NCBI GenBank assembly: GCA_965237525.1
Contig: CBDEFO010000007.1
Location: 64,001-128,000, forward strand
Reading direction: 5' to 3'
Source of the DNA: Candidatus Latescibacterota bacterium
Lineage (GTDB): Bacteria > Latescibacterota > CBDEFO01
Length of the DNA: 64,000 nucleotides
Of the stretch, positions 50,818 to 61,505 are shown piece by piece. The notes beneath the pieces were generated by a model. It saw nothing but the letters and a program-made list of their open reading frames with translations. It was not told where the DNA came from and did no database searches. The translations under genes and the position numbers were made by a program. The stretch's first letter is position 1. Each line of letters begins with the position of its first letter.

Positions 50818-52026
50818 ATGATTAAATCAAGGAGCTTCGAAATGCGAAAGACATCCTTCCACAGTCCATACTTGCTCCAGCACGCTTTGGCGATCATAGT
50901 CACGCTTTCGCTTCCCAGAAGCGTTCACGCTGATCCCATCCGCGGGGAAGTGCCACAGACCGTGGCCGACGTTTTCCACCCAGAAGTCGAAGGCGTTACG
51001 GTGGAAACCTGGGTGGACAGTCTGCATATTCCTTGGTCACTTGTTTTCCTACCAAACGGTGATGCCCTTGTTTCAGAACCACGCGGTCGAATTCAGCATA
51101 TTCCCCGTGGGCAGAACCAGCCGCAACTCTACATCGAAATCGATGACGTGGCCCACGTAGTCGAAGGCGGAGTCAACGGACTGGCCCTGCATCCCCAATT
51201 TGCACAGCACCCGTTTGTCTACGCCATGTACAGTTATCGAAAGGATGAACAGCTGTTCATCCGTGTCATTCGCTTGCGCCATCACGGTGATACCGGTGTT
51301 TTTGACAGAGTGATTCTGGACAACATACCCGGTCACACTTTTCATATTGGCGGCAGGATCGGATTCGGTCCGGATGGGATGCTCTATATCGGGACAGGCG
51401 ATCTCGTGAAGCAGACGCCTGCCCAGGATCTTAAATCATGGGCAGGAAAAATTCTTCGCATCACGCCAGATGGCCAGATTCCGAAGGATAACCCCTTCCC
51501 TGGATCCCCGGTCTTTTCCTATGGACACCGTAATGTCCAGGGCTTAGCTTGGGACCCTGAAACCGGCGTCTTGTTTAGTTCAGAACACGGACTAAATGGT
51601 GACTTGCCAGGCGTCTATGAGCGCGACGAGATCAACATCATCGAGAAAGGAGCCAACTACGGCTGGCCCAATGTCGTCGGCGCGCCTCGCATCGCTGAAT
51701 ACCGGGATCCGATCATAATGTGGCGTGGTGCGTCCGTGCCTCCCGCAGGAATGACCTTTTACCGCGGGGACCTCTTCGTTGCCACGTTGCGTAGTAAAGC
51801 ACTGATTCGTATCCAGTTTGATGACGATAACGAAGACTATAAGGTAACGAATATCGAACGCTGGTTTGCTCGCGACCTGAAGAATGGAATCTACGGACGC
51901 CTGCGTGACGTGACCGTTGGACCGGACGGCCATCTCTACGTTTTGACCAACAACACTGATAGACGAGAAAAATTGCGTCCAAACGATGACAAGATCCTGC
52001 GGCTGAAGTTTGAGTCCCCGGAATAG
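50818..52026 (+). CDS. PQQ-dependent sugar dehydrogenase (GSDH/YliI-type), copy 1
   Basis: PWSLVFLP, HIGGRIGFGPDG, GHRNVQG, EHG, DEIN, NYGWP, RLRDV. Confidence 0.9.
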   Translation: MIKSRSFEMRKTSFHSPYLLQHALAIIVTLSLPRSVHADPIRGEVPQTVADVFHPEVEGVTVETWVDSLHIPWSLVFLPNGDALVSEPRGRIQHIPRGQNQPQLYIEIDDVAHVVEGGVNGLALHPQFAQHPFVYAMYSYRKDEQLFIRVIRLRHHGDTGVFDRVILDNIPGHTFHIGGRIGFGPDGMLYIGTGDLVKQTPAQDLKSWAGKILRITPDGQIPKDNPFPGSPVFSYGHRNVQGLAWDPETGVLFSSEHGLNGDLPGVYERDEINIIEKGANYGWPNVVGAPRIAEYRDPIIMWRGASVPPAGMTFYRGDLFVATLRSKALIRIQFDDDNEDYKVTNIERWFARDLKNGIYGRLRDVTVGPDGHLYVLTNNTDRREKLRPNDDKILRLKFESPE

Positions 52027-52250
52027 GACGTAGTTCTATACGCCCGAAGTGAGTCACTGACCTGCATCACGCTGTTGAAGAGCTGGGAATTCCGTAGGGA
52101 CCTGGCCAATACCGGTCGCGGATCTGTGGATGTCCGCCAAGTTCGCTCTGTTGAAGTGGGGAAAAAGCGTACTTTTGAAGCTGTAGAGAATATCTCATAA
52201 CGTCTCATGATAAAGGAGGTCAAACTACGACTGAATCAAGGAGCTTCGAA

Positions 52251-53462
52251 ATGCGAAAGACATCCTTCCACAGTCCATACTTTCTCCAGCACGCTTTGGC
52301 GATCATAGTTGCGCTTTCCCTTTCCAGAAGCGTTCACGGTGATCCCATCCGCGGGGAAGTGCCGCAGACCGTAGCCGACGTTTTTCTTCCAGAAGTGGAA
52401 GGAGTCAGGGTCGAGACCTGGGTGGACAGTCTTCAGATCCCCTGGTCTCTGGTTTTCCTGCCAAATGGTGATGCCCTTCTTTCGGAGCGATACGGGCAAA
52501 TTCAACGTATTCCCCGTGGGCTGAGTCAGCCGAAGCTTTACATCAAGCTCGACGAAGTAGCCCACGTCGGAGATGGGGGACTCATGGGATTGGCCCTACA
52601 TCCCCAATTTACACAGCACCCCTTTGTCTACGTCATGCACAGCTATCAAAAGGATGAACAGCTGTTCAATCGTGTCATTCGCCTGCGCCATCTCGGTGAT
52701 ACCGGTGTTTTTGACAGCGTCATTGATAGGGGTCTTTTTGATCGCGTCATTCTGGACAACATACCCGGTCACACAGGTCATATTGGCGGCAGGATCGGAT
52801 TCGGTCCGGATGGGATGCTTTACATCGGGACTGGAGATCTCAACAAGCAGACGCTCTCTCAGGATCTAAACTCATGGGCAGGGAAAATCCTTCGCATCAC
52901 GCCGGAAGGCCAGATTCCGGAAGATAACCCTTTCCCAGGCTCCCCGATCTTTTCCTATGGGCACCGTGTTGTGCAGGGCCTGGCCTGGGATCCCGAGACC
53001 GGTGTAATGTTTAACTCAGAACACGGACCGTCTGATGAATGGCCGGGCGTCTACCACTGCGACGAGATCAACATCGTTGAGAAAGGAGGCAACTACGGCT
53101 GGCCCAATGTCGTGGGCGCGCCTCGCATCGCTAAATACCGGGATCCCATCGCGATGTGGAAAAAAGCCTCTGTCCCTCCCTCCGGCATGACCTTTTACCG
53201 CGGAGACCTCTTCGTTGCCACGTTGAAAAGTCAAGCACTTATTCGTATCCAGTTTGAAGACGATAACGAAGACTATAAGGTAACGAATATCGAACGCTGG
53301 TTTGCTCGCGACCTGAAGAATGGAATCTACGGACGCCTGCGTGACGTGACCGTTGGACCGGACGGCCATCTCTACGTTTTGACCAACAACACTGATAGAC
53401 GAGAAAAATTGCGTCCAAACGATGACAAGATCCTGCGGCTGAAGTTTGAGCCCCCGGAATAG
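52251..53462 (+). CDS. PQQ-dependent sugar dehydrogenase, copy 2
   Basis: Tandem paralog; 9-aa internal duplication; upstream ATG is ACG here. Confidence 0.9.
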   Translation: MRKTSFHSPYFLQHALAIIVALSLSRSVHGDPIRGEVPQTVADVFLPEVEGVRVETWVDSLQIPWSLVFLPNGDALLSERYGQIQRIPRGLSQPKLYIKLDEVAHVGDGGLMGLALHPQFTQHPFVYVMHSYQKDEQLFNRVIRLRHLGDTGVFDSVIDRGLFDRVILDNIPGHTGHIGGRIGFGPDGMLYIGTGDLNKQTLSQDLNSWAGKILRITPEGQIPEDNPFPGSPIFSYGHRVVQGLAWDPETGVMFNSEHGPSDEWPGVYHCDEINIVEKGGNYGWPNVVGAPRIAKYRDPIAMWKKASVPPSGMTFYRGDLFVATLKSQALIRIQFEDDNEDYKVTNIERWFARDLKNGIYGRLRDVTVGPDGHLYVLTNNTDRREKLRPNDDKILRLKFEPPE

Positions 53463-53663
53463 GACGTAGTTGTAGATGCCTGAAGTGAGTCGCCGACCTG
53501 CATCACGCTGTTGAAGAGCTGCGAATTCCGTAGGGACCTGCCCAATACCGGTCGCGGATCTGTGGATGTCCGCCAAGTTCGCGTCTGTTGAAGTGGGGAA
53601 AAAGCGTACTTTTGAAGCTGTAGAGAATATCTCATAACGTCTCATGATAGAGGAGGTCAAACT

Positions 53664-54872
53664 ATGACTAAATCAAGGAGCTTCGAAATGCGAAAGACAT
53701 CCTTCCACAGTCCATACTTGCTCCAGCACGCTCTGGAGATCATAGTTGCGCTTTCCCTTCCCAGAAGCGTTCACGCTGATCCCATCCGCGGGGAAGTCCC
53801 GCAGACTGTCGCCGACGTTTTCCACCCAGAAGTGGAAGGGGTCAGCGTCGAGACCTGGGTAGACAGTCTGCAGATCCCCTGGTCTCTGGTTTTCCTGCCA
53901 AATGGTGATGCCCTTCTTTCGGAACGGCGCGGTAGAATTCAACGTATTCCCCGTGGGCTGAGCCAGCCGAAGCTTTACATCAAGCTCAATGAAGTAGCCC
54001 ACACTGGCGATGCCGGACTTATGGGGCTGGCCCTGCATCCCCAATTTACACAGCACCCCTTTGTCTACGCCATGCATAGTTATCAAATTCTTGACCAACT
54101 GTTCACTCGTGTCATTCGCCTGCGCCATCATGGTGATACCGGTGTTTTCGACCGTGTCGTTTTGGACAACATACCCGGTTCCAGTATTCATATTGGCGGC
54201 AGGATTGGTTTTGGTCCGGATGGGATGCTTTACGTTGGGACCGGCGATCTCTGGAATCAGCCGCTCTCCCAGGATCTCCACTCATGGGCAGGAAAGATTC
54301 TTCGCATCACGCCGGAAGGCCAGATTCCGGAAGATAACCCTTTCCCAGGCTCCCCGATCTTTTCCTATGGGCACCGTGTTGTGCAGGGTTTAGCCTGGGA
54401 TCCCGAGACCGGTGTTATGTTTAACTCAGAACACGGACCGTCTGGTGAATGGCCGGGCGTCCTACACCGTGACGAAATCAACATCGTTGAGAAAGGAGCC
54501 AACTACGGCTGGCCCAAAGTCGTGGGCGCGCCGCGTATCGCTAAATACCGGGATCCCATCGCGATGTGGAAAAAAGCCTCTGTCCCTCCCTCCGGCATGA
54601 CCTTTTACCGCGGAGACCTCTTTGTTGCCACGCTGGGAAGTCAAGCCCTGATCCGTGTCCAATTCGAAGAAACCTATGAAGGCTATGAGATCACGAATAT
54701 CGAACGTTGGTTTGCTCGCGACCTGAACAAAGGAATCTACGGACGTCTACGTGACGTGACCGTTGGACCGGACGGCCATCTCTACGTTTTGACCTGCAAC
54801 ACCGATGGACGAGCCGAATTGCGTCCAAACGATGACAAGATCCTGCGCCTCAAGTTTGAGCCCCCGGAATAG
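53664..54872 (+). CDS. PQQ-dependent sugar dehydrogenase, copy 3
   Basis: Tandem paralog with the same motifs. Confidence 0.9.
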   Translation: MTKSRSFEMRKTSFHSPYLLQHALEIIVALSLPRSVHADPIRGEVPQTVADVFHPEVEGVSVETWVDSLQIPWSLVFLPNGDALLSERRGRIQRIPRGLSQPKLYIKLNEVAHTGDAGLMGLALHPQFTQHPFVYAMHSYQILDQLFTRVIRLRHHGDTGVFDRVVLDNIPGSSIHIGGRIGFGPDGMLYVGTGDLWNQPLSQDLHSWAGKILRITPEGQIPEDNPFPGSPIFSYGHRVVQGLAWDPETGVMFNSEHGPSGEWPGVLHRDEINIVEKGANYGWPKVVGAPRIAKYRDPIAMWKKASVPPSGMTFYRGDLFVATLGSQALIRVQFEETYEGYEITNIERWFARDLNKGIYGRLRDVTVGPDGHLYVLTCNTDGRAELRPNDDKILRLKFEPPE

Positions 54873-55060
54873 GACGTAGTTGTAGCCGCCCGAAGTGAGT
54901 CGCCGACCTGCTCCACGGTGCACCGGAATCCAGACCAAGACTACGAGCATATGCGGATCTACGGTTTCAACTAGGAGAGTGGAAGCCGCATCATTATGAC
55001 TTCGTTGCCTCCCAGAGAAGATCATCCTGATTATCACACGTATCAGCACAGGAGGTAATT

Positions 55061-55990
55061 ATGAAATCACAAGAGATAGGACGAGAAACAGGTTTGATAG
55101 CAAGTAGATTGGTCTATGGCATTCTGAGAATCCACACGACTGGCGGCGATGCCGAAGCAATCTCGCGCATTCATACCGCCTTCGATGCAGGGTTCACCCA
55201 CTTTGATTCGGCCTATATCTACGGCAACGGCGGCGGGCGATGCAGCGAACTGCTGGGTAAAGCACTGAAAGAACGACCTGGCCTTCGAGAGCAGATCGTT
55301 ATCACCACTAAGTGCGGAATTCGAGTTCTCGACCCGTTGTCCGAGACGGGGTCCCAAGAGTGGTACGAATTATCCGCGGATTACATTATTTCCTCAGCCG
55401 AAGCGGAATTGAAGCGAATTGGTATCGAGGCGATTGACGTCTTCCTCCTGCATAAGCCCGATATTCTGATGGAACCGGCAGAGATCGCACGCGCCTTCGA
55501 GAGACTGCACACAGAGGGCAAGGTACGTTTTTTCGGGGTCAGTAATTTCTTCCCGGATCAGGTGCGCCTTCTCCAAGAGGGACTCTCGGTACCGCTTGTG
55601 CTAAATCAGGTGCAGATTCATCCCCTCCTTGTGGAGCGCTTCTACGACGGTACCATCGAGCAGTGTCAGCTCCTCGGCATCACCCCTCAGGCCTAGAGCC
55701 CGATGGCAGGAGGGACCTTAGGAACCGGCGCAGTGCTGCCGAACGACCACCCGCGACGCGAGGCTGTGAACACTGTCATTCGGGTGTTCGATAGGGAAGC
55801 TAAGTATCTCGGCTGCACTCGCTCACAGCTTGTTCTTGCCTGGCTTATGCGGCATCCGGCAGGGATTTTGCCCGTCGTCGGGACGACCAACCCGGAACGA
55901 ATCCGTGAAGCCGCAGGTGCTGATGATATCCAGATTCCACGAGAAACCTGGCATCGGCTGACCAACATAGCCTGCTGGTACTGCGGCTAG
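55061..55990 (+). pseudogene. Aldo/keto reductase interrupted by in-frame TAG
   Basis: FDSAYIYG, ITTKCG, LLHKPD, QA*SPMAGG (usually QAWSP); both parts in the same frame. Confidence 0.85.
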
Positions 55991-55991
55991 A

Positions 55992-56160
55992 ACGCCGCTG
56001 CAGATCCTCGAGGAGTTCATGCAGTCGCACAAGGAAAAGACAGTAAGTGTCAACGAAATTGCGAAATATATGAATATTTCTCAGCCCAATGTGTCCCAGA
56101 ACCTGAGAAGGTGCTGAAAAATGGTGGGGTTTATGTGGTGCGCCCGGGGAGGTAGGTGAT
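55992..56160 (+). pseudogene. ArsR-family HTH fragment
   Basis: PLQILEE..SVNEIAKYMNISQPNVSQNL, then frameshift to VLKNGG. Confidence 0.55.
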
Positions 56161-56425
56161 GAACAGCCCGGGAGGGTGCTCAATTGGGTGCTTGACGGCA
56201 GCGGAATAGGGAGGAGATCGTCTGTCTGGACGTGGCAGATAGAGGGCATGCTGAGGCTGGCTGAGGACAGGGTCGAACTGACCCGGAGGGGGCTGCAGTG
56301 GGTGGACCAGTTGCAGCCTGAGTTCTACGATTCCAAATGCCAGAATGCGCGCTATTCCAGAAAGAAATAATCCCGATGTAAATAGAATTCCACGAACTGT
56401 GGGAATATTTGAAAAGGAGTTAACT

Positions 56426-57893
56426 ATGAAATACTATGTTAGTCTCTGCTGTGCACTCCTGGGGATATCGGCTTCAATCTCCGACGCCCAAGAGTTGCCA
56501 GGGCGCGAGTTGCGACAGGTCTTTGCGGCCAACGACTTCGTCCAACCGCTGTTTCTGACACACGCCGGAGACGGGAGCGACCGCATCTTCGTCGTTGAGA
56601 AGATGGGTCGCATTAAAGTTATGCCGAACCGTGACGACGCTGTGGCGACCGATTTTCTCGATCTTAGGGATAGGGTGAACGATAGTGGCGACGGGGGGCT
56701 GCTCAGCGTGGCCTTTCATCCGGAGCACAGCACCAACAGCTTATTCTACGTCTACTACACTTTCGGCAATTTCTTTTCGCGCTTATCCAAATTCCGCGTG
56801 TCTGGCGATCCTAATGTCGCTGATGTAGAAAGCGAACGCGTTCTGTGGGAGGTGTCGCAGCCGGCGACGAATCACAACGGAGGTCAGCTCGCCTTCGGGC
56901 CGGATGGAATGCTCTATGTCGGTCTCGGAGACGGGGGAAGAGCTGGGGACGAATTCCGGAACGCTCAGGATCCCACTACCTGGTTGGGTGCGATTCTGCG
57001 CATCGACGTGGACGTTCGCACGGCAGGCCTCGAGTACGGTATCCCGCCTGACAATCCGTTCGTTGGCAACAGTCAAGATTGGCGTGAAGAGATCTGGGCA
57101 TACGGCCTGCGTATACCCTGGCGTTTCAGCTTCGACAGGAAAAGCGGTCAGCTGTGGGCGGGAGACGTCGGACAGGCTTCGTGGGAGGAGATCGACCTGA
57201 TCGAGAAGGGCGCCAACTACGGATGGAACAGGATGGAGGGGTTTCACTGCTTCTCTCCTCAGACCGACTGCGACACGGTCGGCCTTGCCCTGCCTGTGTT
57301 CGAGTATGGTCACGAGGGGGGGAGGAGCCTCCATCACCGGCGGCTACGTTTACCGCGCCGCCCGTCTGGGCGGGTTATACGGAGTCTACATCTACGGCGA
57401 TTTCATAACCAAGAAAATCTGGGGTCTGCGCTACGAAGAGGGTGAGGTGCGCTCTAACGACCTGATCGCCACCTCTCCGTCGAGAATCTCCAGCTTCGGC
57501 GAAGACGAGAGCGGAGAGGTTTACATCGTGGGATTCGGAGGGCCGATCTACGTCTTCGAGCTCCTGCTGGGTGAGATGCCGACCGCCGTCCTATCGGAAG
57601 AGAAGAAGCTGCCCCAAGCACACGCGCTGCACCAGAACTACCCCAATCCGTTCAATCCCTCGACGACGATTTCATTCACGGTGGCAACGCGCGGTCCGGT
57701 CGAACTCAGCGTCTTCGACCTTCTCGGCCGTCGGGTGCGGATACTCAGCGAAGGACCAAGATCAGCAGGGCAACACACCGTCGTCTGGGATGGCACCGAC
57801 GAGAAGGGACGAGCGGTCGGGTCCGGCATCTACGTCTACCGGCTTCGCATCGCTGACTTCGTGCAGACGCGCAAGATGGTACTGGTCAAGTAG
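56426..57893 (+). pseudogene. PQQ-dependent sugar dehydrogenase with C-terminal sorting domain, copy A, frameshifted
   Basis: Near-identical to 58051-59514; +1 shift at G7 run 57316-57322; AAGGAG RBS before ATG 56426. Confidence 0.85.
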
Positions 57894-58050
57894 GGGGTAG
57901 AACTGACCCGGAAGGGGCTGCTGCGGGTGGAGCAGTTGCAGCCTGAGTTCTACGATTCCAAATACCAGAATGCGCGCTATTCCAGAAAGAAATCATACCG
58001 ATGTAGATGGAATTCCACGAACCGTGGGAATATCTGAAAAGGAGTTGACT

Positions 58051-59514
58051 ATGAAATACTATGTTGGTCTCTGCTGTGCACTTCTGGGGATCTCGGTTTC
58101 AATCTCCGATGCCCAAGAGTTGCCAGCGCGCGAGTTGCGACAGGTCTTTGCGGCCAACGACTTTGTCCAACCGCTCTTTCTGACACACGCCGGAGACGGG
58201 AGCGACCGCATCTTTGTAGTAGAGAAGCCGGGCCGTATTAAGGTCATGCCTAATGTCGACGACGCCGTCGCTACGGATTTCCTGGACATCCGAGATCAGG
58301 TGAACCCGGTCAGCGAGGGGGGGCTGCTCAGCGTGGCCTTTCATCCGGAGCACGGCACCAACGGGTTATTCTACGTCTACTACACTCGCGGCACTTTCTT
58401 TTCGCGGGTATCCGAATTCCGCGTGTCTGGCGATCCTAATGTCGCTGATGTAGAAAGCGAACGCGTCCTGTGGGAGGTGTCACAGCCGGCGACGAATCAC
58501 AACGGAGGTCAGCTCGCCTTCGGGCCGGATGGAATGCTCTATGTCGGTCTTGGAGACGGAGGAGGAGGAGGGGACACATTCCGGAACGGTCAGGATCCCA
58601 CTACCTGGTTGGCCGCGATTCTGCGCATCGACGTTGATGCTCGCACGGCAGGCCTCCAGTACGGTATCCCGCCTGACAATCCGTTTGTCGGCAACAGTCA
58701 AGATTGGCGCGAAGATATCTGGGCATATGGCCTGCGCAACCCCTGGCGTTTCAGCTTTGACAGGAAAAGCGGTCAGCTGTGGGCGGGAGACGTCGGGCAG
58801 TCTCTGTGGGAAGAGGTCGATGTCATCGAAAAGGGCGCCAACTACGGCTGGAACAGGATGGAGGGATTTCACTGCTTCTCTCCTCAAACCAACTGCGACA
58901 CGGTCGGCCTTACCCTGCCCGTGTTCGAGTACGGTCACGACGTGGGGGCTTCCATCACCGGCGGCTACGTCTACCGCGCCGCCCGTCTGAGCGGGTTATA
59001 CGGAGTCTACATCTACGGCGATTTCGTAAGCAAGAGAATCTGGGGTCTGCGCTACGAAGAGGATAAGGTGCGCTCTAACGACCTGATCGCCACCTCTCCG
59101 TCGAGCATCTCCAGCTTCGGCGAAGACGAGAGCGGGGAGGTTTACATCGTGGGATTCGAAGGGCCAATCTACCTCATCGAGCTCCTGCCGGGCGAGATGC
59201 CGACCGCCGTCCTATCGGAAGAGGGCGAGCTGCCCCAAGCACACGCGCTGCACCAGAACTACCCCAATCCGTTCAATCCCTCGACGACGATTTCATTCAC
59301 GGTGGCAACTAGCGGTCCGGTCGAACTCAGCGTCTTCGACCTTCTCGGCCGTCGGGTGCGGATACTCACCGAAGGCCCAAGACCATCCGGGCAACACACA
59401 GTCGTCTGGGATGGCACCGACGAGAAGGAACGAGCGGTCGGGTCCGGCATTTACGTCTACCGGCTTCGCATCGCTGACTTCGTGCAGACGCGCAAAATGG
59501 TGCTGGTCAAGTAG
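58051..59514 (+). CDS. PQQ-dependent sugar dehydrogenase with FlgD-Ig/T9SS-type C-terminal domain, copy B
   Basis: Signal peptide, NHNGG, GLRNPWRFSFD, DVGQ..EE, NYGW; C-terminal QNYPNPFNP..WDG..SGIYVY..TRKMVLVK. Confidence 0.9.
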   Translation: MKYYVGLCCALLGISVSISDAQELPARELRQVFAANDFVQPLFLTHAGDGSDRIFVVEKPGRIKVMPNVDDAVATDFLDIRDQVNPVSEGGLLSVAFHPEHGTNGLFYVYYTRGTFFSRVSEFRVSGDPNVADVESERVLWEVSQPATNHNGGQLAFGPDGMLYVGLGDGGGGGDTFRNGQDPTTWLAAILRIDVDARTAGLQYGIPPDNPFVGNSQDWREDIWAYGLRNPWRFSFDRKSGQLWAGDVGQSLWEEVDVIEKGANYGWNRMEGFHCFSPQTNCDTVGLTLPVFEYGHDVGASITGGYVYRAARLSGLYGVYIYGDFVSKRIWGLRYEEDKVRSNDLIATSPSSISSFGEDESGEVYIVGFEGPIYLIELLPGEMPTAVLSEEGELPQAHALHQNYPNPFNPSTTISFTVATSGPVELSVFDLLGRRVRILTEGPRPSGQHTVVWDGTDEKERAVGSGIYVYRLRIADFVQTRKMVLVK

Positions 59515-59525
59515 GGGGGACCTTC

Positions 59526-61505
59526 ATGACTGAGGCATGGAATTTTCTGTCGTATATGATCTCGACTCTTTGCATGGTGGGTATGATTGTCTCTGCAGTG
59601 AATGCCGACGAGATTGGAGAGTGGAGGTCGTACGGTTCGGACAAAGCCAGTTCCAAATACATCCCGCTCGATCAAATCAAGGTGGACAGTGCGGCGAATC
59701 TCCGCATTGCGTGGCGTTGGAGCTCCGTTGACAATGAAATCCTCCGAGCCAACCCTGAACTATGGACTATGGTAAACGAAGCGACCCCGCTTATGATCGA
59801 TGGGGTCATTTACACGAGCACCTTGCTAGGTCTGGTGGCCGCCATTGACGCTGTTACAGGGCGGACGATCTGGGTGTATGATCCGCAAACCTACGTGGAC
59901 GGATCCCCGGCCAACGTGGGTTTCGTGCATCGCGGGGTCTCCTACTGGGAGGATGGTGATGATCAGCGAATCATCTTCGGCACGGGTGATGCGTATTTGA
60001 TTGCCCTCAACGCAGAGACGGGGAAGCCAATACCAGAATTTGGTGAGGATGGTAGAATCGATCTGACCCAGGGTTTACGCCGGCCGATCGAAAGGGCGCT
60101 CTACGCTGTCACTTCACCGCCCGCTATCTGTCGCGACGTGGTCGTCGTTGGTTCTACCGTGCTGGATGCCTTTGCAGTCGGCAAAATGCCGCAAAAGGTG
60201 ATGCCTCCGGGCGATGTGAGAGGATTTGATGCGCGCACCGGCCAGCAGCGCTGGCTATTCCAGTCTATCCCCCAAGAGGGAGAGTTTGGAAACGAAACGT
60301 GGGAGAATAGATCCTGGAAAACTACGGGCAATACGAATGTATGGACGATGATGAGCTCTGACGAGGAGTTAGGCTACGTCTACCTGCCCTTCAGCACTCC
60401 TACCAATGACTTTTATGGCGGGAATCGTCACGGAGATAACCTCTTTGCCGAAAGCCTGGTATGCCTGAATGCGGAAACCGGCCAGAGAGTCTGGCACTTC
60501 CAGATACTACATCACGGAATCTGGGATTATGATCTGCCGGCCGCCCCGAATCTAATCGACATCACAGTAGATGGCGAAAGAATCAAGGCGGTTGCACAGG
60601 TGACCAAACAGGGCTTCTGTTACGTGTTCGACCGCGTTACAGGAGAACCCGTCTGGCCCATTGAGGAGCGCCCGGTGCCGCAATCGGACGTACCGGGGGA
60701 GCAAACATCTCCCACCCAGCCCTTTCCAACCAAGCCGTTGCCCTTCGAACGGCAGGGCTTGACCCACGACGACCTGATTGACTTCACTCCTGAATTGCGT
60801 CAGCGGGCTATCAATATTATTGAAAGGTACGAGTATGGGCCTCTCTTTACGCCTCCCTCGGAAAAGGGTACGATAGCCATGCCCGGCATAATAGGCGGGG
60901 CCAGCTGGGCCGGAGCAGCCGTCGATCCCGAAAGGGGTACTATCTATATTCCATCCTATACATATCCGGCAATTGTGACCCTGAGCAAGTCAGAAGACTC
61001 GGCCTCTGACTATTCCTATACTGGAACTGTAGAATTCGGACCGGAAGGTCCGCAGGGACTTCCCCTGATTAAACCCCCGTACGGGCGTATTACAGCCATA
61101 GATTTGAATACGGGTGAGCATCTTTGGGTACGTCCGGTCGGAGATGGGCCAAAAGATCATCCCGCACTGCAACACCTGAACCTCCCGCCGCTTGGAAGGG
61201 CGTATCGCAGTTTTCCTCTTCTGACGAAATCGTTGTTCTTCGCCGCCCTGCAGGCAGAATGGAGCGTACGAGGCAATTCACCTCGAGGGAACGCGATTGA
61301 AGTTGAATTCGAAAACAGAGAGGCTTTCCTGTGGGCGTTTGACCCCGAAGACGGAACCCCGATCGCCAAAACGGCGCTTCCTGGGAATGCGTCAGGGGCT
61401 CCGATCACCTATATGGCGGATGGCAGGCAGTTCATCGTCATTCCGATAGGAGGAGCCTCTCAGCCAGCAGAACTTATCGCGCTGAGCTTGCCGTTCCCCG
61501 ATTGA
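59526..61505 (+). CDS. Quinoprotein glucose/quinate dehydrogenase-like (8-bladed PQQ propeller, no membrane anchor)
   Basis: EATPL, RGVSYW, PGDVRGFD, WHFQILHHGIWDYDLP, KPPYGRITAIDL. Confidence 0.9.
   Translation: MTEAWNFLSYMISTLCMVGMIVSAVNADEIGEWRSYGSDKASSKYIPLDQIKVDSAANLRIAWRWSSVDNEILRANPELWTMVNEATPLMIDGVIYTSTLLGLVAAIDAVTGRTIWVYDPQTYVDGSPANVGFVHRGVSYWEDGDDQRIIFGTGDAYLIALNAETGKPIPEFGEDGRIDLTQGLRRPIERALYAVTSPPAICRDVVVVGSTVLDAFAVGKMPQKVMPPGDVRGFDARTGQQRWLFQSIPQEGEFGNETWENRSWKTTGNTNVWTMMSSDEELGYVYLPFSTPTNDFYGGNRHGDNLFAESLVCLNAETGQRVWHFQILHHGIWDYDLPAAPNLIDITVDGERIKAVAQVTKQGFCYVFDRVTGEPVWPIEERPVPQSDVPGEQTSPTQPFPTKPLPFERQGLTHDDLIDFTPELRQRAINIIERYEYGPLFTPPSEKGTIAMPGIIGGASWAGAAVDPERGTIYIPSYTYPAIVTLSKSEDSASDYSYTGTVEFGPEGPQGLPLIKPPYGRITAIDLNTGEHLWVRPVGDGPKDHPALQHLNLPPLGRAYRSFPLLTKSLFFAALQAEWSVRGNSPRGNAIEVEFENREAFLWAFDPEDGTPIAKTALPGNASGAPITYMADGRQFIVIPIGGASQPAELIALSLPFPD

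Noticed and set aside
55694..55696. Genome-wide TAG recoding or pyrrolysine
   Set aside because: Many intact genes here end in TAG; the site is a one-base change from TGG
50768..59514. Diversity-generating retroelement explaining the variable paralogs
   Set aside because: No reverse transcriptase; repeats are whole genes and differences are not adenine-specific
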